Part shown: in pieces, positions 26,563-44,632 of the stretch
Layout: each line of letters opens with the position of its first letter
How positions within the stretch are numbered: the first letter of the stretch is position 1
Assembly (NCBI RefSeq): GCF_964204645.1
Contig: NC_134035.1
Location: 9,952,451 to 10,016,450, forward strand
DNA: 64,000 bases
DNA from: Tubulanus polymorphus
Taxonomy: Eukaryota; Animalia; Nemertea
Direction: 5' to 3'
Notes under the pieces: model-generated
Database searches by the model: none
The model's input: only the letters and a program-made list of their open reading frames with translations
Told to the model about the DNA's origin: nothing
Program-made: the position numbers and the translations under genes

Positions 26563-28744
26563 ATGAGCTCCTCGAAGAAACGAGTTTGCGTCATCGGCGC
26601 TGGACCTTCTGGAATGAGTTTTCTTTGCCATTTGGAGAAACTTCGTCTTGAAGGAGTCGATGTACCCGATGTAGTTTGCATTGAGAAACAAAGTAACTGG
26701 GGTGGATTGTGGAACACTACCACTTGGAGAACAGGTCGGTGAATTATCTTTTCGATATCCTTCATTGGTCGAATGAATCCCTCATCAGGAGATACCGTTC
26801 TACAATATCGTGCCATCACCTTCCTTAAACCATAACTTTAATTCAAACATTATTGATTGACAAATCCTAGTTCACAATGTTGAAAATCATGAGCGGTATA
26901 GCGAACCTCTTCAAATGTTTTGCATAAGATTTGACATGATTGAACTAGTGTAAAATCAAACCATTGAATATATGAAATAAACCATATAATATACAACTGG
27001 CATTTAATGAATGATTGACTCTAGTGTTAAATCCATGATTAAATGAAATGTTTGACTCAAAATAAAAAATGTCTGTATATTTTCATCATAATTTCCGACC
27101 AGTAGATCGACCACCTGATTATGCAATTGAGAATCAACAAATTCCCCTGTATCTGTATCATGTTTAAACTAATTCAGGTCTCGATGAGAACGGTGAAAGT
27201 GTTCAGAGTCCGATGTACAAACAGCTTATAACAAACAGCCCGAAAGAACTTTCGTGTGAATTCCACGATTATTCATTTGAAGAACATTTCGGTAAACCAG
27301 TTCCATCATTCGTGCCCAGGGAATTAATGTTCGACTATTTGAACGGTAAGAAACCGGTTGCTTTACAATCTTACTATACCTGTGTCAGTTGATTGACTTC
27401 TGGGTGAACGTGAATATGTCTATAATATTGTATGTTTAATAATTGTAGGTCGATGGAGCATGAAAAACGTGCGTCGTTTCATCAAATTTGAAACGGTAGC
27501 TCACACGGTTACATACAATCCGAACTCAGATGATTTTACGGTTGTGATGAGAGATGTGTCCAATGATTTATTGTTACCCGCTCAAACATTTGACTTCGTC
27601 ATCAACGCCACCGGTCATTTTTCATATCCAAATATACCTCATTACGAAGGATTCGAAACTTTCCCTGGTAAGCCTACCATTGTTTGTTTGCTTTAATCAT
27701 TTCAGTTGTTTGAAGCGACACCTGCTAAAAGATGTTTCATTATCTTCCTATTAGGTCGAATTCTGCATACAGTTGAAATGCGTGATATGACACACTTTAA
27801 AGACCAAAACGTCCTTATTATCGGAGGCAATCTCTCAGCAGATGACACTTCACTGCAGTTGTACAAGTACGGAGCGAAAAATATCATCATTTCCTATCGT
27901 CATTACAAACAAGAACTGATAGTACCTGAAAATATTACTACAAAACCTATTCTGACTAAAGTCGTCGGGAAAACTGTTCATTTCAAAGATGGAACAACCG
28001 CTGATGTAGGTGTAATGTATAGCTTTCTCGATATGAGTTATGATTCTGCCAATTTAAAATTCAATTTTAGCTAAATTCATTTTCTTATTAGGTCGAAACG
28101 ATTATTCTAGCAACTGGGTACAAACACCATTACCCTTTTATGGATAATGATCTCAAATTGAAAAGCGCGAATCTGTTTTATCCTGATAATTTGTACAAGG
28201 GTATTTTGTGGATGAAAAGTGCCAACAATAGGCTGTTCTATATCGGCGCTCAAGATCTGATGTACTCATTTACGATGTTCGACGCCCAAGCTTTGTGGGC
28301 TCTTCGAGTTATCATTGGTGACGTCAAATTACCTTCACGCGAAGCCATGCAAGCGGATATTAAACATTGGCGAGATAGGTAAATTCTCGGTCCTTCTTTC
28401 AAAAAGATTTGAAAGATTACTTTTTGATAATTCTCTTCTGCCTTGGTCTAATATATTGCAGAATGGAAGCGGAGTTGACACCGCCGAAGTGTACATTTTA
28501 CAGCGTCCTTGAATTCCAAACGGAATATATACTCGACGTAGCAGATGAAGCTAAATACGGCTATGATCTGGACGGCAGGGGAATCATGCTGAAATATCTA
28601 CCTCATATACTTGAAAAGTCATACACGGGCTCGAAAGACTTCCAGGCCCGTAGCAATGTAACTGGGAAAATAGCACCTCCACATCACACTCATTTTTTAC
28701 AGAACTTCGATCTATCGTTGCAATCATACCTCCATTCTAAATAA
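26563..28744 (+). CDS. Tmm/mFMO-like flavin monooxygenase, copy 6, 459 aa
   Basis: Exons 26563-26734, 27178-27345, 27449-27667, 27755-28005, 28092-28378, 28462-28744. Confidence 0.95.
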
Positions 28745-29520
28745 TAATAATTCGTTTTATTTACGAATCAAATTACAATTAGTACAAAATATTGTAAAAT
28801 AGCAAAGAATATTAATAAAGATACATAGTCGGAGTCACCTTTCATCTCAGTATGGATAAATTCTTTATCATTTAGGAATAGATGACGGGTTTTGTGGCTA
28901 TTTTTATTACTGTATGATGGTGTGTTTTATTGTTTAGATGGAATAAATACAAATATATAATCGATTTTTATTGAGTTGTATTCATTGCTGATTTCATCAG
29001 TTGTAATATACTGGATGCTGCTCTTGGTGAATGACGTAGAAACGGACACGAATTTATACGGCTAAACGAAATATGACGTCGAGTTTAATAGTGTCAACTG
29101 GCGGCGATCGCAGTCTGATAAATCCTTAAACTATTAGCCTAAGTAGGATTTAATCCAGTTCATGAATACATAATTAAATACTTATGCATCAGTGACCTCT
29201 CGGCAATTTGGTATTACGGGTCTGGAAACGTATAGGTCATATAAAGAGTAAGTATATGCTAGGCATATTATGATAATATATGCAATGTTTTGAAGGCGCT
29301 TGAACGAATGTTCGCACTTTGTCAATAGTATTCAATATACCATTTGAGGACCGAGGGAGTCATCATCTTGGAGAAAGTTTTATAGCAAAACCTGTTCAGA
29401 AAAAGGTATCAAATCAACTGCGGTTCTCACAATAGTACTATAATTATAACTATTTTATTCTATATGATTTACGCAACTTCTAGGCCTATTGGTTAATTAT
29501 TCTTATAACGAATAGGCAAA

Positions 29521-30442
29521 ATGGATAAATTGATGCGGGAAACACTAATGCCAAAAGACGAGGTAAAACAGTGGTCCAAAGATATTCGACAACGTCAAAA
29601 AGCGCTTGTCAAGGCAGAAAAACGACTAGTTAAACGAAGGTAACTAAACGACACTCCGCATGTATTGAGAGAATAACGGTTGATTGAATGCTTGATAATT
29701 GTTTCTCTTTATAAGGACGCAGTTTGCCGAGAAAAGGGCCGAATTGCGAAAACGCCAGGAGGCGATTCTAAATTGCCGAGGCGCGCTCATTCACAACGTG
29801 AATTCCAAGGGAAACGGCGCTTCGAGTGAAATCGTTTCCAAGACATCAACTACCACGGCTGAATTTCCAACCGTAAGCGCGAATAGCACGAGAAGCGAAA
29901 ACCTGTCATCCTCTCATTATTCGGATAACAGTATCACTGCAGGAATAGACCAAACACACTCTTTATCTGCAAGTTCATCCAGCCAGGACTCCAGAAAAGA
30001 TTCTCGACGTGAAAGCAGTTCAGACGCATCGATTACAAAATGCCGTAGTGCCGATGAAGGTATTGTACTCGTGACGGCTACGATTGAACTTGGCGAAGAA
30101 CTTCTGCCGCCGGTAAAACCGATGACAGCGCATTTCGATACGGAATGCGTTACTTACGCGCTACCACTTGCGGCCACGATAGAACAGGGCGTCGAAATCA
30201 TCGGTCCCGTTTCGCGAGCACCGAATACCGATGATGTAGACGGCATAGAACAGAACGATACGGACAAAAATCACCCGGCAATTGCCGATCCCGATCGTAC
30301 GGCCGAGGAATATGGTTCAGATATGTTGAAAATTGACAATGTCGATGGTGGCGATACAGGTCAGATCGATGGTAAAATAAGTGGCCAGCTGGTTGACTCA
30401 ACTGGTTCCGATAATGAAATCGAATCAGTTGAAAAACAGTGA
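29521..30442 (+). CDS. Uncharacterised protein with a basic coiled-coil N-part and a Ser/Asp-rich low-complexity tail; possibly 5'-incomplete
   Basis: Exon 29521-29639 (MDKLMRETLMPKDEVKQWSKDIRQRQKALVKAEKRLVKRR) splices in phase 2 into 29716-30442. An acceptor AG lies just upstream of the ATG. Confidence 0.55.
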
Positions 30443-31488
30443 AATAACAGATATCCGTCTAATATCAAAACTGTAACATGTTTAATCGAAATATTCTTTC
30501 TTAATAAAAAAAAGCAACGATTATTGTCTGACTAATGAATACGAAGTATTCGGCTAGAAGTTGTATTCGAAATTGTTATACACGAGGCTTTGAAATACAT
30601 TTACAATATTCAATAGTCAATTCTTGACTATCATATCTATAGTCATATCTAGTTGGTTGATGTACAAATCTAGGCAACGATTGAATCATATGTTTGAATC
30701 CGAATCTGACGTCATATCCCAAAGGCCAGCCGATACATTCCTCGATGCAACAAGGCAATTAAACTAATGAGCGGTTAACATTTTGAAAAAACGATCCACG
30801 AGTGCGTCACAAGTGAAAACATAACCACTACATCTATTCGGACTATGAGAAAGCGATGAGCAAGTCTACCATGTTTGAACAACAGAAGTGAGCACTTTCA
30901 GTGAACACGGGGTAAGTCTTTAGAATTTTTATCTTTGATCTCATTACACCAAATTGTTACCCGAGTTTTATAGGGGTATTTGCCCGACTTTTATTGCAGT
31001 ATTTGCCCGGTTGGTAGGTCGAGTAGATTTGTTCGGAATCTGTAGGCCTTCTCAAACACAATAACGGCCGAGTCCTTCATTCGATCTTAAAGGTTTCAAA
31101 CCCCATTCGAAGATCATCCTCGAAGAGGTTTTAGTAGATGGAAAATTATGGATATACTTAAAAACAGTATACCTTTGTAACCATGGGAATGTAGAGGGTT
31201 TTGGGGAAAATCACATAAATATCGAGAAATAACTATTAGGTTTCTTTTCATTCGAGTTTCTCTACTTTTATCTTAATCGACTTTTATGAAAAATTCAAAT
31301 ACAATATTCTTCAATTCCATAAGATAGAAATGAAATGATGGAATGTTAATGGCCAATTAGTATACATATTTGTTTAAAGTGCAGCTGTTTCCAAATTTGA
31401 ATATCTGTTCTGAATTGATTTTTTTAACGACACCATTTTATTTTGCATAGAAATTTTCAATTTCAAATTTCATTTCTTTTTTCTAGTA

Positions 31489-32172
31489 ATGGAATCGGAC
31501 CGTACCGCTATCACCACCGAATCGGTGTCTTCGCGAAAGAGTTTGTCTTACTCAAATAAAGGCTACCAGGACAACCTGTACGATGATTCGATCAACCGAC
31601 GCGGCACCGCTGAGCCGGTCATCATCAAACCAGCTTCGTACGGCAAACCATCACCAGCCACACGTCAATGCCGGCCCAACATCAACTCAAGGGCCTTCAG
31701 CGCCTTGGGCATCATTTCTATATTGATCGCTGTCATCCTTTTCATCATCGCCGTCACAGAAATCGGCATGCGCGTACCAAACATGTTCTTGTACGGGTTT
31801 TGGGGCAGCGTTTTCTTCTTGGTGGCCGGCATTCTGGCGCTGTGCGTGGCTAGATACCGTAACGACGCTACGCTCATCGCTTGTCTGGTTTTCAGCATCG
31901 TGTCCGCCATATTAGCCTTCATAGCAGGCTGTATGGCCGGACTGGCGACGGCTGCATTCGGCGAACTGACAGCCGTCTGCTCACAAGCAACCGGGGCCGC
32001 GGCCGCTCAGTACTCTATCAACTGCGGAACTATGTTTCGAAGTGTTAAACCCATCATGATGTTTGCTTTGTTCTGCGTAGATATAGTCTGCATAGTTGTC
32101 GAATTTGTGGCGATGGTCGTCCTCAGCACCCTATCGGCCAGTGGGGCGTGCAGACCTCGACGAAGGCGTTAA
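31489..32172 (+). CDS. MS4A/CD20-like four-transmembrane protein, 227 aa
   Basis: LGIISILIA TM1; YGFWGSVFFLVAGILA matches the MS4A TM2 pattern; CLVFSIVSAILA TM3; Cys pair in the second loop. Single coding exon. Probable 5' UTR intron from the donor at about 30912 to the acceptor at 31486. Confidence 0.8.
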   Translation: MESDRTAITTESVSSRKSLSYSNKGYQDNLYDDSINRRGTAEPVIIKPASYGKPSPATRQCRPNINSRAFSALGIISILIAVILFIIAVTEIGMRVPNMFLYGFWGSVFFLVAGILALCVARYRNDATLIACLVFSIVSAILAFIAGCMAGLATAAFGELTAVCSQATGAAAAQYSINCGTMFRSVKPIMMFALFCVDIVCIVVEFVAMVVLSTLSASGACRPRRRR

Positions 32173-33309
32173 ACAATTCGGGTTTTTTTTAGATACCAGC
32201 ACACACAAACTATTTCACGGACATGACCGCTTCTTATACTTAGCAGACACGGAACTGTAGAGAAATCAAATATATGAATATCAAACTTTTCTATTCTTAA
32301 GTGTTAAACGTGATGTATATAAAACGCTTTGCTGCTCGGAGTTTTTGTGTCTTTTCCTTTATTTTACATTTTGAAAAAAATCATTGTGTCTTTATACTCA
32401 CGAGTATAATGTATTATGTCGAGTGACAAATTGAATGCACATCGGTGGCTTATGGCGAATTTGTCCAACCAATTGCAACGGGCCTGAATGGTTTGGACTA
32501 TCCGTTATTTGACGTTCATTTTATTTCATATTATATTTGAAGTCAATAATTGAATTATTTACTGTGTATGAAATATCTATGTAATTAATATCTTCAATGT
32601 CGAATTAAAACTTATCAAAAAATAAGTATAAACCATTCATCATGAGATGAATATGGACGAATCAATGTTTCAAGTATATATTCTATTTTCATTATTCTGT
32701 GCTACTATATGATTCAACCAATGAAGCTTCGTTTTTGTTCAATGTTCTATGGATTGTTTGTGTTATAACGAAAATGACTGAATTGTACATGAACGAAAAC
32801 TATCTACGGATTCAAAAACAATACATAAGATATATATATATATAAATGCTACAAGACTGAAATTGTTTATTCTTTTCTCAATGGATAAAGGCTCGCATCA
32901 TTTTCTGCACTGGGTGAACTTCGAAATGGAAACATAATTAGCAAGATATACATTTTCGGAACCATCTGCCGTTTCTGCTTCACTTGACTCAATTATGAAG
33001 TTGACGCTAAACAAAATGACGCGTATCATTTTGTTCAGCGGTGTCTTGTGAAAAGGAAGATTGATTGGATTAAAATAATCTAATGCAACAATAATTTTGA
33101 AAGTAACGTTTTTGACGTAATACAATTCGAATATAATACATCCTCTATATCAAATTTCATAGCACGACTTTTATTTCATGTATACTATAGGTTAAGTACA
33201 ATATCAATTACATACATAAATTCAATGATTGCATATCGCATTTTTGTTTCATGCAGGCTCAATATTATTATCGTTCAGATTTCCATCAGAAAAGTACCCG
33301 TTTCTAGTT

Positions 33310-33954
33310 CTAAGACGAGTCTTTAGGTGACACGGAGTAACAGCAGAAGCAGCACAAACTCGCTTGAATCGTCACCACGATTCCCGATATGAAATAGATC
33401 GCAGCCTGCGCTATGCTGATCAGATACAGATCTCTGGAATTTTGTACGTTCAAACCGGTTAACAGGGTTGAATCGGGAGGTATAGGTACGTCGGGATTCA
33501 GAAACTCGGCGATACCGGCCGCGAAGAAAAATGCCATGCAATCGACGACCATAGCGAACGCTGAAACGAACATGCACAACATGATGAAACAGCGAGCACG
33601 AGTTCGAAACGATTTGATGCCGCAAAATCCGGCCACGAAATGCCCGAACGCGGCCCAAAAACCCGTATAGAATAATCCTTCGGCGTATAAAGTAATCGAT
33701 AGCGTTCCGATAGCGGCCGAGAGAACTCCGAATATGATTTGCGCGATGCCAGTCGCTAGTAGGAAATGTGCGCGAACCCTCAAAACTCTGATTCTCGGCG
33801 GCGCGTCGTCGTAATAAGTCGTCGGCGGTAAAGTGGTAACGATCGTCGAAGCCGATGTCGACGGTAACGACGAAGCGACCGCCACGGATTTCTTGCTGCT
33901 GCTGATGTCGTCGGTTTCATTCTCGCTGGAAAAGCCCTGGTTCACATGGGCCAT
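33310..33954 (-). CDS. MS4A/CD20-like four-transmembrane protein, 214 aa
   Basis: TGIAQIIFG TM1, YTGFWAAFGHFVAGFCG TM2, two further TM segments and a Cys-rich juxtamembrane tail (LCCFCC). Confidence 0.8.
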   Translation of the reverse strand: MAHVNQGFSSENETDDISSSKKSVAVASSLPSTSASTIVTTLPPTTYYDDAPPRIRVLRVRAHFLLATGIAQIIFGVLSAAIGTLSITLYAEGLFYTGFWAAFGHFVAGFCGIKSFRTRARCFIMLCMFVSAFAMVVDCMAFFFAAGIAEFLNPDVPIPPDSTLLTGLNVQNSRDLYLISIAQAAIYFISGIVVTIQASLCCFCCYSVSPKDSS

Positions 33955-35441
33955 CTGGAAGCGCTGAAATGGAATGAAGTGACCGATATATTAACCGTAT
34001 AATGACGCGCTGATAAATTTGCGATATGTATATAGTGCGCGAGTTGCCATTTGTAAATGATATCCGGGGTGATGCATTTAGAGCAGGAATATGAAATAGA
34101 ATCATAAAATTCCCGAAACATACATAATTCATAACAAAAGTGTCATAAAGACCGTCGCTATATTCTCATAAAATAACAAAATGGTTTGTTTTAGGATTTT
34201 TATTCCAAATGCCACAGAATACGAATGAAATAGAATCTACTCACATGAAACACGAAAAACGACGGTTCCAGTCGACCACGCGTATTGTAGTAGAGCCGGG
34301 CGGCGATTTTTCAGTTTATACCGAGCGGATTCCGATCGTGCGCAGCAGCGCAGTGGTATCAAATTGGAAGCGAAACGATAACGAATTAAACCCGATACAG
34401 CGCGGGAATATCGCGTGCGTAACGTGAACGTATGCGACGCCGCATTCTGCCTATGCGTGACACCTGTTCACGTCAACGATGTGCACAGGATGATTATATC
34501 ATCATCGCTAAAAAAACGATGGCGTTTATACGTGTCCATATATAATTCGAAAAACCGTTAATTATTTAAAATCGAGACGAACCGCCATCGTCGTCGTAGT
34601 CGCCGTCGTATTCTGGACTCCTAGTTTAACGACCCGGTGTGACTACCTGTCAGCGCAATGACCCGGCCACACGTTAGTCATAGTACACCACCGCGCCACA
34701 AAAAAAAAACTTACAGTGATGATGTAAATTATCGCAGTATTGAAAGTCATCTAACAATCGTCGAAAACTGATAACTCCTATTCTCTCCATTCCTCTGCAC
34801 GCTCTAATATCCTATGTACATATTTCGCCTCTACAAAGTTTTCCGCAAATAAACAGGTTGTCGCTTGTCTCTCCGTACGAAGACCCCGATTTGAAATTAT
34901 TTGTCAGATTGTCCGACGATTAAATGGGCTCAACGACGGCGTTGGCGCTTCTCCAAATACTTACTATTCGATATGATATGATATGCAAAGCGAGACACAT
35001 TTATATAGAAAATAAAAAGATAATTTTTCAGTTTCTATTTCATTTCATGATTCAAACGTCATTCGTACTGCATGGCCCATGTAACGCGCCCGCCCTCATA
35101 ACTAGTTGTACAGCTGATAAAACCGCTAAAGCCCAGTCTTATGGGGCCGGTTCCATAGTGGTGGCTTTATGTCCATAAGGCGGTCTTAAACTTAAGACTG
35201 GTCTTACTTTGTCGGATTGTTTCAAGAACTAAGATTCGATTCAGTTCAATATTTATTTCACGAAAAAGCAGAACAATAAAATCAGAGGAAAGCTAAGCAA
35301 TTTTAAAGATAGAAAAAAACAAATTTACAAAGCTTTGACGATCTTAGACTGGTCTAAACCGTGGGAGCCGGCTTCAGATTTCAAAACCAATTTACGAATT
35401 TGAAACCGGATGGTCTTAGACTGGTCCCAAGTCCCAGATGT

Positions 35442-39366
<3,925 letters not shown>

Positions 39367-42300
39367 CGCGCGGATATAAAGATACAAAAGGGCGAAATGA
39401 TAGAAAGATGTTTCAAGAACCACTACGAGAACGACCGCGCAGAGAAGAGATCACAATCGGCGAGGTGGTTGGGGCGATACTGACTCGATTGACTCTAGTT
39501 GCGTATTCCTAATTAAGGCATCTATATCGCATAAACATACGTTATATCCGTATATTATGGTTAATACTCATCAATGATATATCGACATATAAAATCGATG
39601 TTTACAGATACGTGATCAACTAATGAATGAATTTCCTTATGACGTCTTGACGCCATTGGATTATATACATTTTAATGAAGCTCGCTTCACTAGAAACACA
39701 ATTTGCATAATGATGACATTTAAGTTAGATATCGCCAGTTTGAAAGGCCGGAGTCCAGAAGAAAAGAAAATGCGTTTTTCAGATAAAGTAGCCATGTCAC
39801 AGTATAGGCTACAATCGGGTCGCACCCTCGTTGATAGGTATATATGAAGAAATACGTCCGAAAAATATGCAATTTCCGAAAGTATGATTGTCAAAATTGC
39901 AGTTTTCGACGATCTTTGGCTTGATGAAAAGGGCAACCTCAATAGGAAGAATGTTACGTTGAATAAGAAACAGAATTTTCACATCATACGCGCCGGGGGG
40001 GGGGGGCATTTTCTCATTTTGGGTGCGATGCCGAGTCCTCGCTAATGACAGCAAAGAAACGACCGTATGACCTCAAATAAAAACTACAATTGAATTCATC
40101 GGTGAACGGAAAAATGGCCAACGAAAATGACTCCCATCTCCTTAATTCAAACAAATTAAATGCATAGATCTTTGACACGTCATTTTTAGATGATTGGGCC
40201 AATTCCTAAATTAGTATAGGTAAATTAGTTTGCTTTGGGAAGAGCTGGGAACGCATACAAGTTCTTCCACTCGGCCAGCTAAACGAATGTTAAAGGACAT
40301 TGATCGATGCCGACGAACGATTACAAAATCTATGTAAAAACTGAATGTGACGCTGGTAATCGTGATATGGATGATCTCCTTCGTGGTGTTGCACATAACA
40401 TCCATTCCTTTTGAACACGATGGTTTATAGAGTACCGTAACTCAGCTTGATCTGTATTGTGTATAGTGTCCAAATTTACCGTGTTATTCCGAATGCATTG
40501 TATGTAATCTACGTCTTGTTTAACTTAGAGACTATATATTATTATGATAACCTCGCGAAAAATAAGTTGATGTCATTAGATATCATAAAGATCAACGTTG
40601 ATATCAAATGAATGTCGATATGAATTTTCCTTGGCCTTTTTTACCTTCGTCGTTTTTCCCTACATTCGAATACACTATGAATTTGCACGCGGAAGTAAAT
40701 CTTAACTTCCTCTTCCAAAATGATAGACCATAAAATGAATTAGACAATATAGGATATATAAACCTTAAACAATAGGATATGTATTTGCTAAAGTCTTTAT
40801 TCGGACAAAATCATAACTCGTGAACATAGGTCTCTTCATGCGTTTACGTTACAGCTGCTGCAATTATTAAAAACACAACGCATTCAATGTATTGTATTAT
40901 TCGTAATTTACATTTATGTGTACTTGGAAAACACTGGATGATGAAAGACAAATAAATGATATGACGAATAGCGAGTTACTAGTTTGATAGAGAGATGTTT
41001 TGTCTGATATAATCAACATTTTTATCGAGCTGGAACTAGCATTATAGCGGCGATTAATGCGATATTGTTGAGAGCGGATTATTCTAACGGACACATTGCT
41101 ATGTGGCAGCTGTAAATTGTGGGCTATTATAATTGACGACGATTATGTCACATAAATTAGTGTGTAACGTTAGCAACACACTCGTCGCATCGCCGGTGTA
41201 GTGTAGGTAGATGTTATATTTGTCGGCGCTAAAATCATGATGTTGCTCACAATGCGCGCGTACTCTTGCACGTGCTATTAGAATGCGGAACTATTGTTCC
41301 GACAGAACAATGCACCGGGAATAAAAAGACATCCTGCCGGGGTATTTAGACAAGAGCCGCGCCTAAATTGGGTCATAGTTTCCATGGTGAAAGACACGAG
41401 CCATTATGAGCTCTTTTATTGTCGATCGCTGTGAATAGCTGCATGATTTCACTCGCTTCGCTCGGTGTTTTTCTAGCACGCGTTGAGAGCAATCTTTTCG
41501 CTCATCTCCCCGTGGCGGCCTGAGGGTTCTCATCGAACTAACACAAAGAACACAAAGCCTTTTTGCCAGGAAGTTGACAAGACAAAGGGGACTTTGCGGA
41601 AAATACGACAGGTTGTGGCACGCTCGCAGAGTTGTAAACCTATGCAAAATTGGCCCATAGCGCTAGAAATCAAAAATAGACAGTGGTCTATTGAAAATCA
41701 TTATACATACATTGGACATTTTAAGTCCTTTTTCAATCATTCATAACAATGAACTCCTACCAGAGAATTAACCTTTTATTCTTACTGTAGCATGTAGTAT
41801 GATAAACTCCAGTTTGGTAAAAAGAGGTTACTAATATTTAGGAAGGGATTGATTAGCTTTTCATTGACTTGTGGTTAGTGAGTTTTACCGGCACCAAAAC
41901 GTTTTTGACTCCATGATCCAGTTCCACTGTACAGTTGTGAGTTAGTCGAAGTAGAAATGAGTTCATTTTCGATGAGTTAATTCTAGAGTCAAATCAACTG
42001 TGGCACTGGGGCCATTGTTCACGCGGTCGGTTTGTTTTGTCAGCGGAAATGGATAAATTTCACGGTTTTTCTTCTGATATACATGTACTATCAACTATTT
42101 CCTCGATTCTCGACTAGGAACGCAAACTGTGGTCAATTTGTATACAGTGTTTATTACAACACGTTTCCGTGCTACTGCCAGTCAACTTCTCAGTCACTAA
42201 TTGGGTGTGGGTGTTTGTATCGCATGTAAATACCATTCGTCTGAATGTGCAAATAAATTCCGAATAAGCCATGAAACCATATTTGGTACCTGAAATCCTC

Positions 42301-44098
42301 GTACCGAATTCATAGAGTCATTTGAACTGCCACAAAACTCCTCGTTTAAGAAAGGCTGATAAAAAAAGAACGAACACGTTTGCGTTTATATTATAGATCC
42401 TCTACAAATTGGACATTTTTATTGCGAAAAAATGTATTTCTACACATGTTTTTTTTTATAAATGCAAAAAATGCCATTGGAGTAAAGGCCAAAAATAGCT
42501 TCTTTCAATATCATCAATAATATTTCATGTATATTTTATATAATATGATACACTTTGCACAATAACCTAGTGAAATGTACAGATACGTTTAAAAACCTGC
42601 GTTTCAAGTCAAGTTTCGGTATAGTCACACCTAAAATACTATCTTATATATATATATTATACAAATAAAACTGAAATTTACATTCTGAAAGTTTAAGTTT
42701 AGTTATGTATATTACATGACTAAAAAGAGCGTATTTCATATACATATCACCGCGGCCGGAAGGATATTGCACCGAACTATTTTTGACAATAGATTCTCTG
42801 ATATCATTGTTATCCCCTTCAAACCTTTTTACATTTACAACTCGATAATATGCATACATACATACATATATATATATATAATATACTACATCGACAAATA
42901 AAATCTAGGAGATCCATGGTCCCGGTTACACACTCGATGAATGAATGGAAATTAAGAATACGTTTCATTCAAAGAACAAGAATGTGCACGTTACTCGTCA
43001 TTTACATGTCGACAAATCTAGAAAATTCAGCAAATCTGTGATGAGATCAATTCTATCATATGATTATGTGTGATATTAAACGATCGATACTTTAATAATA
43101 AAGTGATTTCATCCGAGGAAAAGTGCTCCCTAAAATACGTAATAAATAAATATATTCTTCACTCTGTTGTCCATTTTCGTTTGTTTTTTTTTTGGTAGTT
43201 AAGTTATGCAAAATTATTTCATTAGAGATACAAGTTAACCAAAAGGAAAAAAAATATTTTCTTATTTTATAAATATATAGATTTTCAATCGAGATTATTA
43301 GCAAGGCGTTGCAAAATAATAAAACAGTAATGTAAATATCAAATTTAAAAAAAAAAAAAAAACGAAGTTCAACTTTAATCTGCAGTTTTTTTTTATCGGT
43401 GAAATGAAAAAGCACATTCAAAAACAAACGCAATCATCCGGAACGGAAAAACAAGTTCCGGGCTTAGTCATCACAGTTTATCACATATTCGTTCGTTCGT
43501 TCGTTCGTTCGTCAAAGGAGGCTTCGCAGTACCTGCCTGTTTATTTATGTAGATCGTTCATGCGAACACCAACTCGCGCACGTATACATTCACGTTGACC
43601 TTGGCACTACATTGTGCGTTGTTGTTATTCGTCTGTACATGATATATCGATTGAATCACTACTCTCTCACACACACACAGGTAGGGGAGCTATTTTCTCC
43701 CCCAATTTGCTGCCTATGTTTGCGTCACTATCTAAAACAAGTTCACGCTAGTCTTCTTGGTTAGTCGTCGAAACAAAGAAGACTCTTTCTCACACAAACA
43801 ATCCATTTAACCAGCTAGAAATTGAAATTAATCACACGATTTGTCCCGCATATGCGTTCTTCTATAGCACCGATATTTGTAATCAACTGCAAACGTTCAG
43901 TCACTCGAAATCATTATGGTTCTGAAAGTTAGGTATTTCTTTCACAACAACAAAAACTGATCACAATATAGGTAGACACTTTGAGCTTTTCCGAAACGAA
44001 AGAATTGAAATGCCGCAGAAATGTTAAATATTGAAGTTTGAACACATGTAAAGGTCGATCTAGGAAAACATGGCGAATATGCTTCTTGTCGGAGCAGA

Positions 44099-44632
44099 TC
44101 AACTAGATACGAAAGCTGCCAACTGTCGGATGTTGATATTATGATGATGGTGGTCAGAGCTATTGTAGAACTGTTGATTACAGGATCTGGAAGTTGTGGT
44201 ATTTGATGCGCTCGTTTGATTTCGGTTCGTTTTCTCCGCTACCGGAGCCGTTTCGTTGCCGTTCTTCTTGTCCAGTTCGTCCTCACCCGAATACAACACG
44301 CCAATGCTTCCATCTTCACCAATTCGATACGATACCTCTTTAGGGTCGACCCAAATCGTCAGCTCGTTCGGTAAATTGTTCAGAAAGTTTACGCCGAGCC
44401 CGCTCTCGTCTGCGGCTCGCTTCAGAAGCGGTTCGACGCTATGATTAATACGAATACATCTATAACCACTACCTCTAAATGGACGTTCTGGAAACCAATG
44501 ATTTTGATACCTCTCGGTTAGAATTCTCTGTAGACATCTATCGAAATTGTCGACATCGACCAGTTCTCCTCTGCTACAGCGTTTCAGCAAATTACAGAGA
44601 AATCCAGTCGCAGCATTTATTTCTTTGTTCAT
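44099..44632 (-). CDS. BTG: BTG/Tob family antiproliferative protein, 177 aa
   Basis: EI.AA..FL N-terminus; box A YQNHWFPERPFRGSGYRCIRIN; box B LPNELTIWVDPKEVSYRIGEDG; Kozak context ACCACCATG. Confidence 0.95.
   Translation of the reverse strand: MNKEINAATGFLCNLLKRCSRGELVDVDNFDRCLQRILTERYQNHWFPERPFRGSGYRCIRINHSVEPLLKRAADESGLGVNFLNNLPNELTIWVDPKEVSYRIGEDGSIGVLYSGEDELDKKNGNETAPVAEKTNRNQTSASNTTTSRSCNQQFYNSSDHHHHNINIRQLAAFVSS

Noticed and set aside
35100-35430. Short inverted-repeat family with CAGTTCCACAG/AACTGTGGAACTG-like ends (related pieces near 37940-38040, 39058-39133 and 41917-42013)
   Set aside because: Looks like degenerate MITE copies, but I could not define ends or TSDs reliably enough to annotate.
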